The notes under the pieces: model-generated
The model's database searches: none
What the model saw: only the letters and a program-made list of their open reading frames with translations
Told to the model about the DNA's origin: nothing
Made by a program: the position numbers and the translations under genes
DNA from: the human T2T-CHM13v2.0 reference genome, Homo sapiens
DNA: 64,000 nt
Strand: one strand, 5' to 3'
Assembly: GCF_009914755.1 (NCBI RefSeq)
Contig: NC_060947.1
Shown: one piece after another, positions 29,466 to 43,914 of the stretch
How positions within the stretch are numbered: position 1 is the first letter of the stretch
How the letters are laid out: every line of letters starts with the position of its first letter

Positions 29466-32400
29466 CACCCTATGCATTCACTGTTTTTTATGTTTCTTTG
29501 ACTATCCTCACAGAAATAAAAGCTCATGAGAACAAGAAAAAAAATTGGGCTTAGTTGGTTCTTGTTTAGTTCCTTGAGGTGTAAACTTAGGATATTTATT
29601 GGAGATATTTCTCCTTTTATCATGTAGGTATTTATCACTATAAACTTCTTAGAACTGTTTTGCTGCATTCCATAAGTTCTGGTATGTTGTGCTTCCATTT
29701 TCATTTGTCTCAAAACATTTTTTATATTCCTTTTTATTTACTTTTTCAGTCACTAGCTATTCAGGAGGATGTTGTTTAATTTCCACATACTTGTGCATTT
29801 TCCAGTTTTTCTCCTGTTATTGATTTCTAGTTTATAGCATTGGGGTCAGAAAAGATGCTTGTTAAGATTTCCAAGACTTAAATTTGTTAAGACTTGATTT
29901 ATACACCATTATTGCAGTATTAATGTATTCTGAATTTGACTATATATTTACCTTTTCCAATGAGGTTTACACTTTCATCTGTTTTCATGTTACTAATTGC
30001 AGCTGTGTGCATTCATGTTCCCACGCAAATGCCTACAGCTGGCCTTTGCAACTATGTTTGGCAGTTTTTCTCATTCAGCACTTCTAATATATCATCCCAC
30101 TCTCTCCTGGCCTGCAAGGTTTCTGCTGAGACATCTGCCACTAGCTTAATTGAAACTCACTTGTGTATAATACGCTTCTTTTTGTTGTTGCTTTCAGGAT
30201 ACTCTCTGTGATTTTTTGACTGTTTCATTATACTAGGTCTTGGTGAAATATTCTTTTAATTGAAACTACATGAAGAATTCAGAGCTTCGTGTAACTGAAT
30301 GTCCATATTTCTGCATAGATTTGGGAAATATTTAATGACTAATTCTCTAAACAAGCTTTTGGCCCCCTGTTCTTTCTCTTCTCCTTCAGAATTTCATAAT
30401 GCAAACAATATTTTCTCTATCAATAGCATCCCATTCATCCCTTAAGCCTCCTTCATTCCTTTTCATTCTTTGTAAACTTTTTTTTTCTCTGACAATAATT
30501 TCAAATGGCTTATTTTTGAGTTTGTTGATTCTCTCTTCTATTTCAATGAACCTGTTGTTGATGCTTTCTACTGCGTTTATTAGTTCAATCATTGTATTCT
30601 CAGCCCTAAAATTTCTGTTTGGTTCTTTTATATGCTTACTCTTTATTGAGCCTCTCATTTTGTTTTTGTAATGCTTTCCTGGTTAGTTAAGCTGTTTATC
30701 TGTGTTTCCTTGTAGTTTTCTGTCCTTTTTAGAACAATTTCTTTGAATTTTTTTCCTCAGGAAATTTTTAGATTTCCATTTCTTTGGGATTGGTTATTGG
30801 AAGTAAATTGGTTCCTCTGGTGAAATCACAATTCCCTTGATTCTTCTTGATTCTTGCAGCCTTGCATAGGTGTCTGCACATCTGAAACATCAGTCAACAC
30901 TTACAGGCTTAAATGGCTGCCTTTGGTAAGGAAAGACCTTCCCTTTGATGGAAGATAACACTGTAGTGCACTATGGCACTAGGCACTAACTGTAGGGCAT
31001 GTAGCATCTCTGGGTCCAAGGAGGTGTGGTTTTTCATTGACTCAGGTTGCTGGGGTCTGTGACATTGGAAACTGCATGGGCCTTGGTGGTAAGAGCTATG
31101 GGGCCTCCACAGTGGGTGTCAGAGCTGTTGAGGTCTCTAGTGGTTCCTCTGGTTCCAGTGGCAAAAATCTGGGGCCACCAGCAGTGGGGCTGGAGACATC
31201 AATCACCAGTGTGTACATGCTATGTCCAGCTGCAGGTACATGCATTGCTACAGGGATCAGGGCTGGCTGCCTACATGCACATAGCTGCAGAAGCCAGCTC
31301 TGGGTATATGCATGGGAGTGCTAGCAACATGAGTGAACACGTCGGCAAGGACCAGAACTGGTAGTGTACATGCACACAACTGTAGAAACAAGCTTCTCAC
31401 ACAAGTGTGGCAATTGGAGCCAGGAATGGGTATTGGGGATGGCTGCATGTGCTTGTGTTGCTATGGGGGCTAAGGCTGTGACATGCACATATGTAACTTA
31501 GGCATTGTGAATAAGAAATGGGAGTTGAGGCTTGCTGCATGTATGTGAACTGCTGCAGGATCTGGGCCTAGCAATGTACATACACATAGCTTTAGGGGCC
31601 AGTTACAGGTGTTTTCATGGTGGTGAGGGCTGGCAGCAGGGTTGCGGTGGCTACCTGCATGACCACGGCTGAAGGATCAGCTAAGATTTGCATGCATCAT
31701 TGGGAGCCAGTGCCAATTGCAGAGGACCTAGCTGTTTGCAGGCACTCATGCATTGGCTGTGCTGGGTCCTAGCACCAGGGCTTCTGCAGTGGCTGTGGCT
31801 GGGGTGGTTCTTGGTAAGGGAGAAGAAAAAGGGAGGTGGGTCAGACAACTGGAATCCGTGAAGGTAAAACCAGTAGCCCTTGGCAGCAAAACGTGCAGGG
31901 TTCGTGTGGTGGCTGTGCTAGCTGTTGGTTTCCTTAGCAGGAAAATCTACTTAGATCCTCTGCAGAACAGGCCACTAGGATTTGCAATGATGAACGCTGT
32001 GGGGTCTTCAATGGTGAAACCTGCAGGAAGTACAAGGTGGTCATGAGGCTCTTAAGGTTCTCAGCAGCAGATTGCTGGTGCCCCCTACAGAGCAAGATAT
32101 TTGGGATCATTTTGGCACCTACCACATGGCTGATTCTGATATTCTCTACTGTTTGTTACAGTAGTTTCTAGTAATAGAGACATTCTGGTCTCCTCAGTGA
32201 TCTGAGTAGAGGAAACCATAGCAGGACCTTGGGGGCAGTGTCCGCAGTCTAGAGAAGCTACTCATTTACCCTGCTCTCCTTCCCCCTATGAAGGAATATA
32301 ACAAGCTGGGGATTTTTCTCTCAACACTGAGCACTGCTGGGCCAGAAGATGGGATGATGCAGGCAAAATTAAACTGTTCTTCCTACACTTTTTGTGTGAC

Positions 32401-32874
32401 CATCTTTTTTTTTTTTTTTTCCTTTTTGCTCCGGTGTGCTGCTGAAGTTGTTAAAATGAACTCCTGACTTCTCCAGAGCCGTTTACATTCACAGACAGCT
32501 GTCCAGTTGTTATTCTTTATGGAGTGGTAAAAACTGGGATCTCCTACTCCATACTCTTGCTGATGTCACTACCCTCAATATATTCATAAGAAATTGTATC
32601 CAATAAATTTGCATAACTCATGAGCTAAATTATAGAATTTAAACATGGTTAGCTTCTAAAAAGATATTAACAGCAATATATCAGGAAATAATAATTTTTA
32701 TTCATCTTATAGTAGTAAAACTGCAATTAAAACTGACTTAATTTTTTATCAATATATATAAAAAAGTCCCTTTTGTGTTATCAATTGGCTATGGTTTTAG
32801 AAGTTTCCCCTTGATCAATTTGTAGACTAAACTTTCTTCCTTAATTCCACAATGCAATTAGATTTTTATTTGCA

Positions 32875-33075
32875 TTTCTCATATATACAAACACACTCAT
32901 AAAAGTCTCAAAAATACACATGTATAGCTCAATTAATGATCACAAAGTGAATCCATCATGTAACTACCATCCAGAGTAAGGAATAAAAACATTATCAGCA
33001 TCTCATCCTCTTCTCCCAAGTGTCTCCCAATAATTATACCTCCTTCCTATCAGATAAAATATTATTTCACTTCTT
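32875..33075 (-). mobile_element. L1ME/MC 3' relic
   Basis: tgtatagctcaattaatgatcacaaagtgaa..catgtaactaccatccaga..aacattatcagcatc. Confidence 0.55.
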
Positions 33076-34131
33076 TGAATGTGCTCTGTATTTCAATAAA
33101 GGAAATATTATTTCTAAAAATGTTTGTATTCAACTTTATAACCTATCAGTAAAAGTTTTAGAGAACCGTAAGATGCCCATTTTGCGATGATTTCTTAGAG
33201 AAGAAACGTGAATTAAGGAATTCTTTCTATACCAACAAACTTCACTTATTCAGGATACCAAGTTTTCAGACCTCTCACCAGCAAAGCTTTGCCTTCCCCT
33301 CTTGAGGACAAAGTGTCAACTAAATTTTCATACTCATTTGAAGTAATTTTCTGGTTTGGGAGACACTCAAGAAAAAAAAAGTAAATAATTACTCTTATTA
33401 TTCAATTATTTCACAATATGCTTTATTTTTAACATATCTTGGAAAAGAATGAGACAGCATTAAATTGATAAAGTAAAGATAGTTTGGAGGAATTATTAAT
33501 GAATTCATCACCTTATAACGCCTAGAGCCCATTGTCCACTGCCTTTAGAAAAACACACAAGAAATGTATACAAAATAGCTGAAGGGATTAAAAGTAAAAA
33601 GTCAGATAAATCAGTCACAAACCACAATTGATATAGCAGCTTAACTGACAAGCCTGGCAGAAAAAAATTCCATACAGAATGCTGTGCCAATGGCAATTGT
33701 TTTGTTCTCAATGTTTTTGTCTTGTTCTCAGTACAGCTCTGACTGTTGGTATTTGAGGAAAATGCCAAACCCTTCCTTTCCTCCTTTTCTGACATGTATA
33801 CTGGATACCCACCATATATTCACTGAATTATGTGGCCCCTCTCAGAAATATTGAAGCCCCCAGAGTGTCATTAACCATGATCTATGGAGGCTCTTGTCAG
33901 AATTAGACAAAAAGTAAAATTATAGCTGTGTGTTGGTGCCAGTCTAGTTAAAGGTCTGTCATCTCTGCCATTATAAACCTCTATTTCCTGTGCTTTACAA
34001 CTCAGCTGAGAGAATTTGCCTTCCAGTCATTAGAGTAGCTGAGAGAGTGTCAATGTTTCAAATATATATTTTTTTAATCTGGAAGACAATAAATAAAATC
34101 TATTCAGCTATTATTCTGTACTAAAATAATA

Positions 34132-34132
34132 T

Positions 34133-34180
<48 letters not shown>

Positions 34181-34185
34181 GAGAG
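34132..34185. repeat. Compound (TG)n(AG)n microsatellite
   Basis: Direct reading. Confidence 0.95.
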
Positions 34186-34704
34186 TGTATGTGCATGGGG
34201 AAGTGTGATTTTATCATATAGGACTTACTTTGAAGCAGAAGAACAAAATCAGTGTTTTTTTTCAATAGGAATGTTTAGGAAGCAAAGGAGAAAATGTAGA
34301 AAATATACAATCCAATAATAATGGAATCATAGCTTTATAATTATCAGCACTTTCCTTGCCTTTTACCCAACTCTGCTCATCTCTGTTCCCAGATAATTTA
34401 ATTATTATTACTATATTTGATAAACTTCATATTGCTATTTAGGCAAGCAAAAGAGAGAAATGGATTCTAAACTGACTATATTCTGAGTGGCAGTGAATTT
34501 TTTACCAGGTATATAAAATAGTTTGTTACCTCTTTGCTTATGTTAAGAACATATACCCCTTTTGAATAGAGTCTATGCATTGAAAACCTGTTGTCTACAA
34601 TCATCATCTACAATAGATCCCACACAATTTTTACAATGTTGTTACATACTTGTTAAATAGGTTTTTCACTTCAGAGTTTTTCAGAAATCAGAAATAAAGG
34701 CAGT

Positions 34705-35180
34705 GAATTATGAGGGCCTACTTTGTGTAAGCTGCTTACTACGTGTTTTATATTTTAAACATAATAGCACTTTGAGCTTGGTAATTTTGTTCTCATTTTA
34801 TATATTAAGAGCCACAGCAAAGAGAAATTAAGGACTACACAGGGCTGCACAGCAGGCAAGCATGTGAGTAGAGATTAAAATCAAATTTGCTGTGATTCCC
34901 ATATCTGTAAAATTTTCCATCACAATTACTTGGAATCAAAGTTTAATTTCCTTGAGAGGGAAGGAAACCAGTGTTTGGTGAATACCTACTCTGTGCCAAG
35001 CAATTTTAAAGTGCTATTGTAAATTTAATTTTTATGACAAGTTGAAAATTAAATAGTATTATTTACTATTAAGAGATAAACTAAGGCTTAGGATGATTAA
35101 TCATTAACAATTTGTCAGAGGTACCTAGCTGTAGAGTGAGGCTTGTGTATGTCTAACTGCAAATCCGATCCTTTCTTTTT
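34705..35180 (-). mobile_element. Two adjacent decayed MIR elements
   Basis: gcctactttgtgtaagc..ctcattttatatattaaga..gagaaattaaggact and gaatacctactctgtgccaagc..aaactaaggcttagg. Confidence 0.55.
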
Positions 35181-35434
35181 AACTATAACATTGGAATTTG
35201 ACTTCTAAAATGTAGTGCTCTAATCAGTAAAGAGTAATTATAGGATTACAGTCACGTATTCCCCTTTCCATTTATTCCATGAATATTTACAAACACATAT
35301 TGTGTATATAAAACACTGTGCTAGGCAATAAGTTATTCCTGGAATGCTTGTTGGTTGCTTATATACAGTTTTATCTTTCTGCTCTCTTACGTTCACCTGT
35401 TTTCACTTTTAGCTTTCTTTCAACTATGCAAAAA

Positions 35435-35713
35435 CCAGTATTTCGCAAAGAACAATTCGTGGCCCAGTTCTTAAAAACAAAGTCCGTGAAACGAAGTGTT
35501 CTAAAATAAAATAAGTCTGAGAAATGCTGTATGGTATACCAGATTATTAAAAATTCACAATGAATATTAGCATACTAAAGCTTTGAACAACCTTGCAGGA
35601 ATAAAACCTGTTTAAAACAGAAGATAAACTTGTAGAACTATATTTTTTTCATGTAACACCTATTAGCATTCCATAAAATTAGTGATCCAGGCAGCCTACT
35701 TTAAGAAATGCTG
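35435..35713. mobile_element. hAT-Charlie-type MITE relic
   Basis: cagtatttc..gaaatgctg inverted termini; internal ttcacaatgaatattagcatactaaag..aaacctgtttaa. Family uncertain. Confidence 0.55.
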
Positions 35714-37109
35714 CTCATTGAATAGTACTGCCTATCCTAGAACTGCACTATTTGCCAAAACATTTTCGGTAATATGGAACTCATTTTTAATAATGTAATT
35801 AATTTGGTATTTGTAATGTCATCACTTTATAATGTCAACCAAATTAATGAAAAATAAAACATTTATGGAGTTTGATTAATTTTATATGTCTTGGATTTTG
35901 TGTAAATATTACTTTTCTTGTAGGAAATATATTATTCTGAAAAGGGCACATTTTCATAATTATGTATTATTAGCTTGTACTACATGGAGGTCATCAAAAT
36001 GAGAAGTAATGTTCACACTGACACAATTCAACTTTTTCCAGCAGAAGACCAAAAATGAATCTTTAAATGAAGACAGTGAAAAGAATAACGATACATAGCT
36101 TAATTCAGAAAACTGCACATGTGAGATGTGCAAAGTTTTAGTCTTTTAAATTTTGGGGTAATAAAAGTTACAAACAAGATAATTTATAATTTTAGTTTTC
36201 CTGAGTAAATTGATAGACCATTCCTTTAAACAAGTCTAATAAAGGTATATATGTTCAAGGAAGTTTCACATTTAAAAGGTTCCACTTTGTAAAGTATATA
36301 CTTTTTAAACACATGATTATTAGAATATTCAGTGTTTCAGGTAAGTTAAATATGCAGCTCATTCAATTGCCTGAGAAGGGTCTTTTTAAGAACACATGGT
36401 TTGCATAGAGAATGCCTTGTAAGTTATTCTGCCACTGAATTGTACGTGTGAAAATTATTTATATCTCTATTTTTCTGTAAAGCAATAGAATGAGGTTGGG
36501 GAAGAGAACGGAATTAACATGTCATTTGGGTATAGTCAAGAGCCAAGAGAGGAGGTACAGCTTACTGGTTATAATTGGGTGGAAACAACTGGCCACTCAG
36601 AACCAAGAGAGTAAATACTAAAAATATCAATTAACAGGCAGAAACATTGCCAAGAGGAGCTATTAAAAACTATACAAAAACACCTGAGGGAGTTAATGAT
36701 GATAAATTAGTGGAGACTGCAAGTTGATGTTTAATTGCATCCCTGCTATAGCTTTCACCTTCATCTTCATATTCTACAATTTATCAGGCTTTTCTCAGGA
36801 GCACAGCCTATCTAGAGACAAACCAAGATGTGACAGGAGGTCACCAGGCCAGGAACAGTAAGTGTAGTGCACTGGGGTCTCTGGGCTGAAAACCGTAAGT
36901 CACTACCATGTTAAGGACATTATATATGATGCATTGTCTCATTAATCATCTCTGCAATCATAATAAGTGAATATTTGATCATCCCATTTTATAGACCAGG
37001 TAAACTTATACTACATGGCATTGCACACTGAATCATCCATAAGGAGATAATATGTTTTGTCATGTCACATTTCTGAATTCTAGGCTCTCTTTTGCCACTT
37101 TTTGTGGCT

Positions 37110-37141
37110 GCGTGCGTGTGTGTGTGTGTGTGTGTGTGTGT
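37110..37141. repeat. (TGCG)n(TG)n microsatellite
   Basis: Direct reading. Confidence 0.9.
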
Positions 37142-37287
37142 ATAAATATTTTGGAAACACAGATTATTAATCTGTGAAATAGAGATAGATATAGATATAT
37201 TACAGGGTTATTATGAGTAAAGGAGATGATGCATGTAGCACACTGAATATAGCACCTTCCTTACAGTAAATGCTGAATGTATATTAG

Positions 37288-37579
<292 letters not shown>

Positions 37580-38821
37580 TGAATGTTTAGAGTGATGTCA
37601 GCAAGATGGCAGAATAGAAAGGCTTGCATGTTCCTTCCCCTCACAAACACACTGATTTAACAACAAAACACATAAATTTCATTTGTGAATAATTCAGAAA
37701 ATATTTGAGAGGCTTCTGTACCATGAGTGAGCACAAAACCAGAAATGTCAAAGCCAATAAAGATATTTAAAATACCCTCTCACATCCTGGCACAGCACCC
37801 TATGATCTAGACAAAACCCCCAACATTCCAGCTTCTCCCTAAGAATGGAAAAGTTGGAACATGAATCCAACACTCAAACATTTTTGAGAGCTTCGCAGGA
37901 GACTTGCTTCTCTCTTGACTGTTTCAGAGTGCTAATGGGACCAGAATACTGCAGTTACGTTGGCACCAGTGGGAATAAAGATGACAATTTGGGAAAGCAG
38001 TCAACATAGCCCATCTTTCTGCCTCACAAAAGAGTGAACAGAAAAAAATAACCCAGCTCCCATTTTCTCCCTGGAAAGAGAAAAATTGGGCTGTGCTTGC
38101 GGTGTTTCCAACTTTTCAAGGAGCTGCCCAAAAGTCTGCCTTCTGTCTTACTTATTCTGGAGTACTAACAGGACCAAGCATACGCTTGCTGCCTAAGATC
38201 AGGTGAAAAAAATAAAAAAGACATTGGTTTGAACTAGCAGTCATTATAGACCCTCTATCTGACTCAGCGTAAAGTAGAAAGGTGCAAACACCAAGACCCC
38301 AGCTTCCTCCAGAGAGAGAAAGAATTGGGCAGAGTGTTCAATGATCCAACTTTTCCAGAAGCTACCCAAGAAATGAGCTTCAGTTTCACTTTTCTGAGTA
38401 CTGATGGAACATAGCATACTCTTGACATGCAGGGGCTGCTAAAAACAAAGAAAGCAGATGAGATCATCATGAAAGGTTGAACAGATCCCAAAATCTCTGA
38501 CTGGGGTGATTGGTGAAGTTCTTCCTCAATATGAGCCCAGGCAATAAAGATTGAGTTCTTTAAGTTGAAAATTAAAAATAATAAAAGTAATATTAAAGCA
38601 TATTAGAGAAAACAACTCTCTGATAAAGGTAATATATTGAAAATACAGAATAATATATTATTGTAATGGTGACAAAAATTATTAATTCTGGTATAAAAGT
38701 TAAAAGACAAAAGTATTAAAATATATAAATACAGAAATAAGTTAATGAATATACAATATACAAAGAAATAAATTATGGCCTCAATAAAAAAGTGTGAAGT
38801 TGGGAAAATTAAAGAGTTTTT

Positions 38822-39138
<317 letters not shown>

Positions 39139-40412
39139 TTAAATTGAATTGTTATCTGCTTAAAACGGATTATCATAACTGTAAGGTTTTTTTTTTTTTG
39201 TAATCCTCATGGTAACCAGAAGAAAATACCTATAAGAGAAACAGGAAAGAAAAAGAAAAAGAAATCTAAGTATACCAATTCAAAAAAATTAAATAAACGC
39301 GAAGGAAAACAACGAGAGAGGAAAATAGGGAAAAAATAACTACAAGAGAAACAGAAAATAATCGAAAAAAGGGTAATAGTAAGTATTTCCCTTTCAATCA
39401 TCATTTTAAACATAATTGTGTTAAACTTCGCACCTAAGATATCTAGAGCTGAATAACTAAAATGTAAGATCCAACTACATGCAGTCTACAAGATGGTCAC
39501 TTTGGCTTTAAGAACATACATAGGCTATAATTGATGAAATGAAAAAAGATATAACATACAAGTGGTAACCAAAAGAGGGCAGGAGTAGCTATATTCACTT
39601 CAGACAACATACATTTTGAGTCGAAAACTGTTACAAGAGACAAAGAAAGTCATTATATAATAATAAAAGGATAAATTCACCAAGAATATATAACAATTAT
39701 AAACATATGTGCACCCAGCATTAGAGCAGCTGAATATATAAAGCAAACATTGACAGAACTGAAGAAAAATAGATAGTATTATTATATTAGCAGGATAATT
39801 CAATATCCTACTTTAAATAATTTATATAACATCCATAAAACAATCAATGAGGAAATATTAGACTTGTACAACCATGCAGATCAAATGGATCTAACAGGCA
39901 TATACAGAACATTCAACCCAACAGCAACAGAATATACGTTCTTCTCAAGCACATATGCAATGTTATTCAGGATATATGATATGTTAGGTCTCAAAGAGTA
40001 TCTTGACAAATTTAAGATTGAAATCATACTAAATATCATTTTTAATCACAATGAAATGAAACTAGAAATCTATAACAGAAGGAAAACTGGAGAATTCACA
40101 AATATGTGGAAATTAAACAACACACCTCTGAACAATCAATGACTCAATAATAAATAAAAATAAAAAGTAGAAAATATCTTGAGACCTAGATAAATTAAAA
40201 GATAATGCAATAAAAACTATGGGATGCAACAAAAGCTGTGCTAAGAGAAAAGTTTATGATGATAAGTATCTATACTAAAATAAGAAGAGAGAATTTCAGT
40301 AAACCTTCTAAATTTACACCTCAAAGAACTAGAAAAACAAGAACAAACTAAGCTCAAAGTTAGTTAGCACAATAAAAGAAATATTATAGATTAGAGAAAA
40401 AATAAAAGGAAT

Positions 40413-40769
<357 letters not shown>

Positions 40770-40945
40770 CTAAAGAACATTGATAAATTATGGCTAGATT
40801 CCCTTAGAAAACAAAAGGGAGGAGACACAAATAAATTAAATCAGAAATAAAAGAGGATAAATTACAACTGGTTTCACAAAAATCAAAAGGATCAAAGGAG
40901 ACCATTATGAACAATTACATACCAACAAATTGATTAAACTAGAAG

Positions 40946-41654
<709 letters not shown>

Positions 41655-41655
<1 letters not shown>

Positions 41656-42882
41656 TAATACTGTAATTGTGGTGTGTAATCCACTCATATCTCTAGTAGA
41701 AAGACTAAAAGACAAATCTATAAAAATTAATAATAACAACAGCATGTTAAGACGTAGGCAATATACAAAGTTGTAAATTGGGACAATGACAATAAACACA
41801 CAAAAATTAAACATTTAAAAAAGGTCAAAATCACAGATGGAGTTAAAGTATAGATTTTTTTTTCTAGTTTTTGCCTTTGTGATCAAAGTTAAGTATTCGT
41901 TTATTTAAAATAACTTGTTGTATCAATAAGATATTTTTGTAAACATCATGGTAACCACACAACACATACCTGTAGTAGTAAACTAAAATTGAAAAGCAAC
42001 AAATCAAAACATACTGCCAGAGAAAATTACTAAGCCACACAAGAAAACATTAAGAAAGAAAGATAAGAGATACAGAATCACTAGAAAACGAGAAACAAAA
42101 TGGCAATAGTAAGTCTTTTCCTGTAAATAATAACATTAAATGTAAATGGACTAAATTCTCCAATTAACAGACATAGAGTGGCTCAATGAATAAAATTACA
42201 AGACCTAAAATTTTTGCTCCCTACAAGAAACTCACTTCATCTATAAAGAGACACATAAACTGAAAGTTAAGGCATGGAAGATAATCCTGTGCAAACGGAA
42301 ACCAAAAAAGAACAAGAGAAACTATACCTATATTATTTAGATGAAACAGACTTCAAGTCAAAGACAGTAAAAGAGATAAAGAAAGTCACTATATAATGAT
42401 GAAGGGTCCAATTAAGCAGAAAGATATATACATATATATATATATATATATGCACCCAACACATAGGCACTCAAATATATAAAGCAAATATTAATACATA
42501 TTAAAGAAGAGATTGACTCAAATTTAATAATAGCAGAAGACAGACTCATCCCACTCTCAGTAATGGACATATCATCCAGACAGGGAATTGACAAAGAAAC
42601 ATTGGACTTAAACTACACTCTAGAACAAATGAATGTAATTGACATTTATAAAACATTTCATCCAACTGTTGCAAAATACACATTATCCTCATCAACACAT
42701 GGGATTTTCTCCAGAGTAGACCATATACTTACTAGGGCATAGCAAAGTCTCCACAAATACAAAATATTTAAATCATATTAACTTTCCTTTCTTACCACAA
42801 TGGAATAACAAGAAGAACATTGGAAAATATAGAAACATATGAAAATTAAACATATGCTCCCAAAGGATCAATGGGTCAACTC
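41655..42882 (+). mobile_element. Separate L1MA fragment (inter-ORF region and ORF2 endonuclease)
   Basis: aataacattaaatgtaaatggactaaattctccaattaacagacatagagtggct; covers the same L1 region as 39350-40140, so it is a different copy. Confidence 0.85.
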
Positions 42883-43145
42883 AAAATGTTATGATATAAT
42901 AAAGAATGCCTGTAATATACTATTAATTGGGGATACTGTAATTGAAATAAAAGCAATCAATTCCCTTACACTATGGACTAAAATTCTTTAAATTTATAGA
43001 CATAACACACAGATTATTTTATCTCTTTTATAGTTCATTTCGTACCTAATTCTACAAGTTAAATATTATAGGCATAAATCTTACCAATGTATTTAAGATT
43101 AACTTAGAATAAATGCATAAGGCTTTGCAAAAAATAATTCATGCA

Positions 43146-43204
43146 TGTATTAGCCATGGTTCTCCAGAAACAAAGCCAATAAAAGATGATAGATATAGAT
43201 AGAT

Positions 43205-43236
<32 letters not shown>

Positions 43237-43635
43237 CATAGATACATAGATACATAGATAGATTTATTATGAGAAATTGGATCACATGATTACGGAGGTT
43301 GAGAAGTCCAATAATCTGTTAGTGACATAATTTAGTCTGAGTCTGAAGGACTGAAAGCCTATGAACTTGATGATGTAAATTCTAATCAGAGGGCAGGAGA
43401 AAATGAGATGAGACATTCCAACTCAAGCAGTAAGGCATAAATAAAGGAGCAAATTCCTCATTCTTCTGCCTTTTGTTCTACTCAGGCCATTACTGGATTT
43501 GATGATGCCCAACAAGATTGAGGAGGGAAATCTACCTTATTGAGTCCACCGATGCAAATGTTAATCTCACCTGGAAACACACAGACACATCCAGAAAAAA
43601 TGTTTAATCTGAGCTCTCCATGACCCACTCAGTTT
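43146..43635 (-). mobile_element. MLT2 (ERVL) solo LTR
   Basis: tgtattagccatggttctccagaaac..gatttattatgagaaattggatcacatgattacggaggttgagaagtcc..caaatgttaatctcacctggaaacac. Confidence 0.85.
43186..43263. repeat. Compound (GATA)n/(GATACATA)n tetranucleotide STR
   Basis: gatagatagatagata..gatacatagatacatagatacatagatagat. Confidence 0.95.
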
Positions 43636-43914
43636 CCTTCAAACACAGAGAGTGGCTGTCATTTCTCAGACATTTTTTTCTGGATGCTGAGAATTTAACA
43701 ACACAACAAATATAGCAAAATCTTTTCCTTGTGAAAACTTCTGCAGTATGGAAGACAGACAAATAAACAGACCATTTGTATTCAAAGTATTATTAATACT
43801 GATAGATATGTGCACTAGTAGCATTAGCAACAAATGAGACTAATCCAGCTTTTGTATTAGGAAATTTTAAAATGGCAGAGATGAAGTAAAGTCTGTTATA
43901 AATAACAGTTAGAT

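Larger units (their letters stand above)
28833..29544 (+). other. Polyadenylated non-L1 insert (candidate truncated retrocopy or orphan transduction)
   Basis: Flanked by ttgggctt (28825-28832 and 29545-29552); AATAAA 29515-29520; A tail 29534-29544; contains unique DNA, an Alu and a MIR. Confidence 0.72.
27265..32570 (-). mobile_element. L1MA/L1M2-type LINE-1 with both ends present but several internal deletions
   Basis: 3' UTR 27270-27780, ORF2 pieces 27780-28832 and 29545-29895, ORF1 ~30060-30900, repetitive 5' UTR ~30900-32570 ending in the reverse complement of agtgacatcagcaagag. Confidence 0.85.

Noticed and set aside
31200-31800. Dispersed repeats with variable spacers (tgtacatgcac..gctgcag) resembling a CRISPR array
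   Set aside because: Degenerate, irregularly spaced, inside an L1M 5' UTR in a primate genome; no cas genes.
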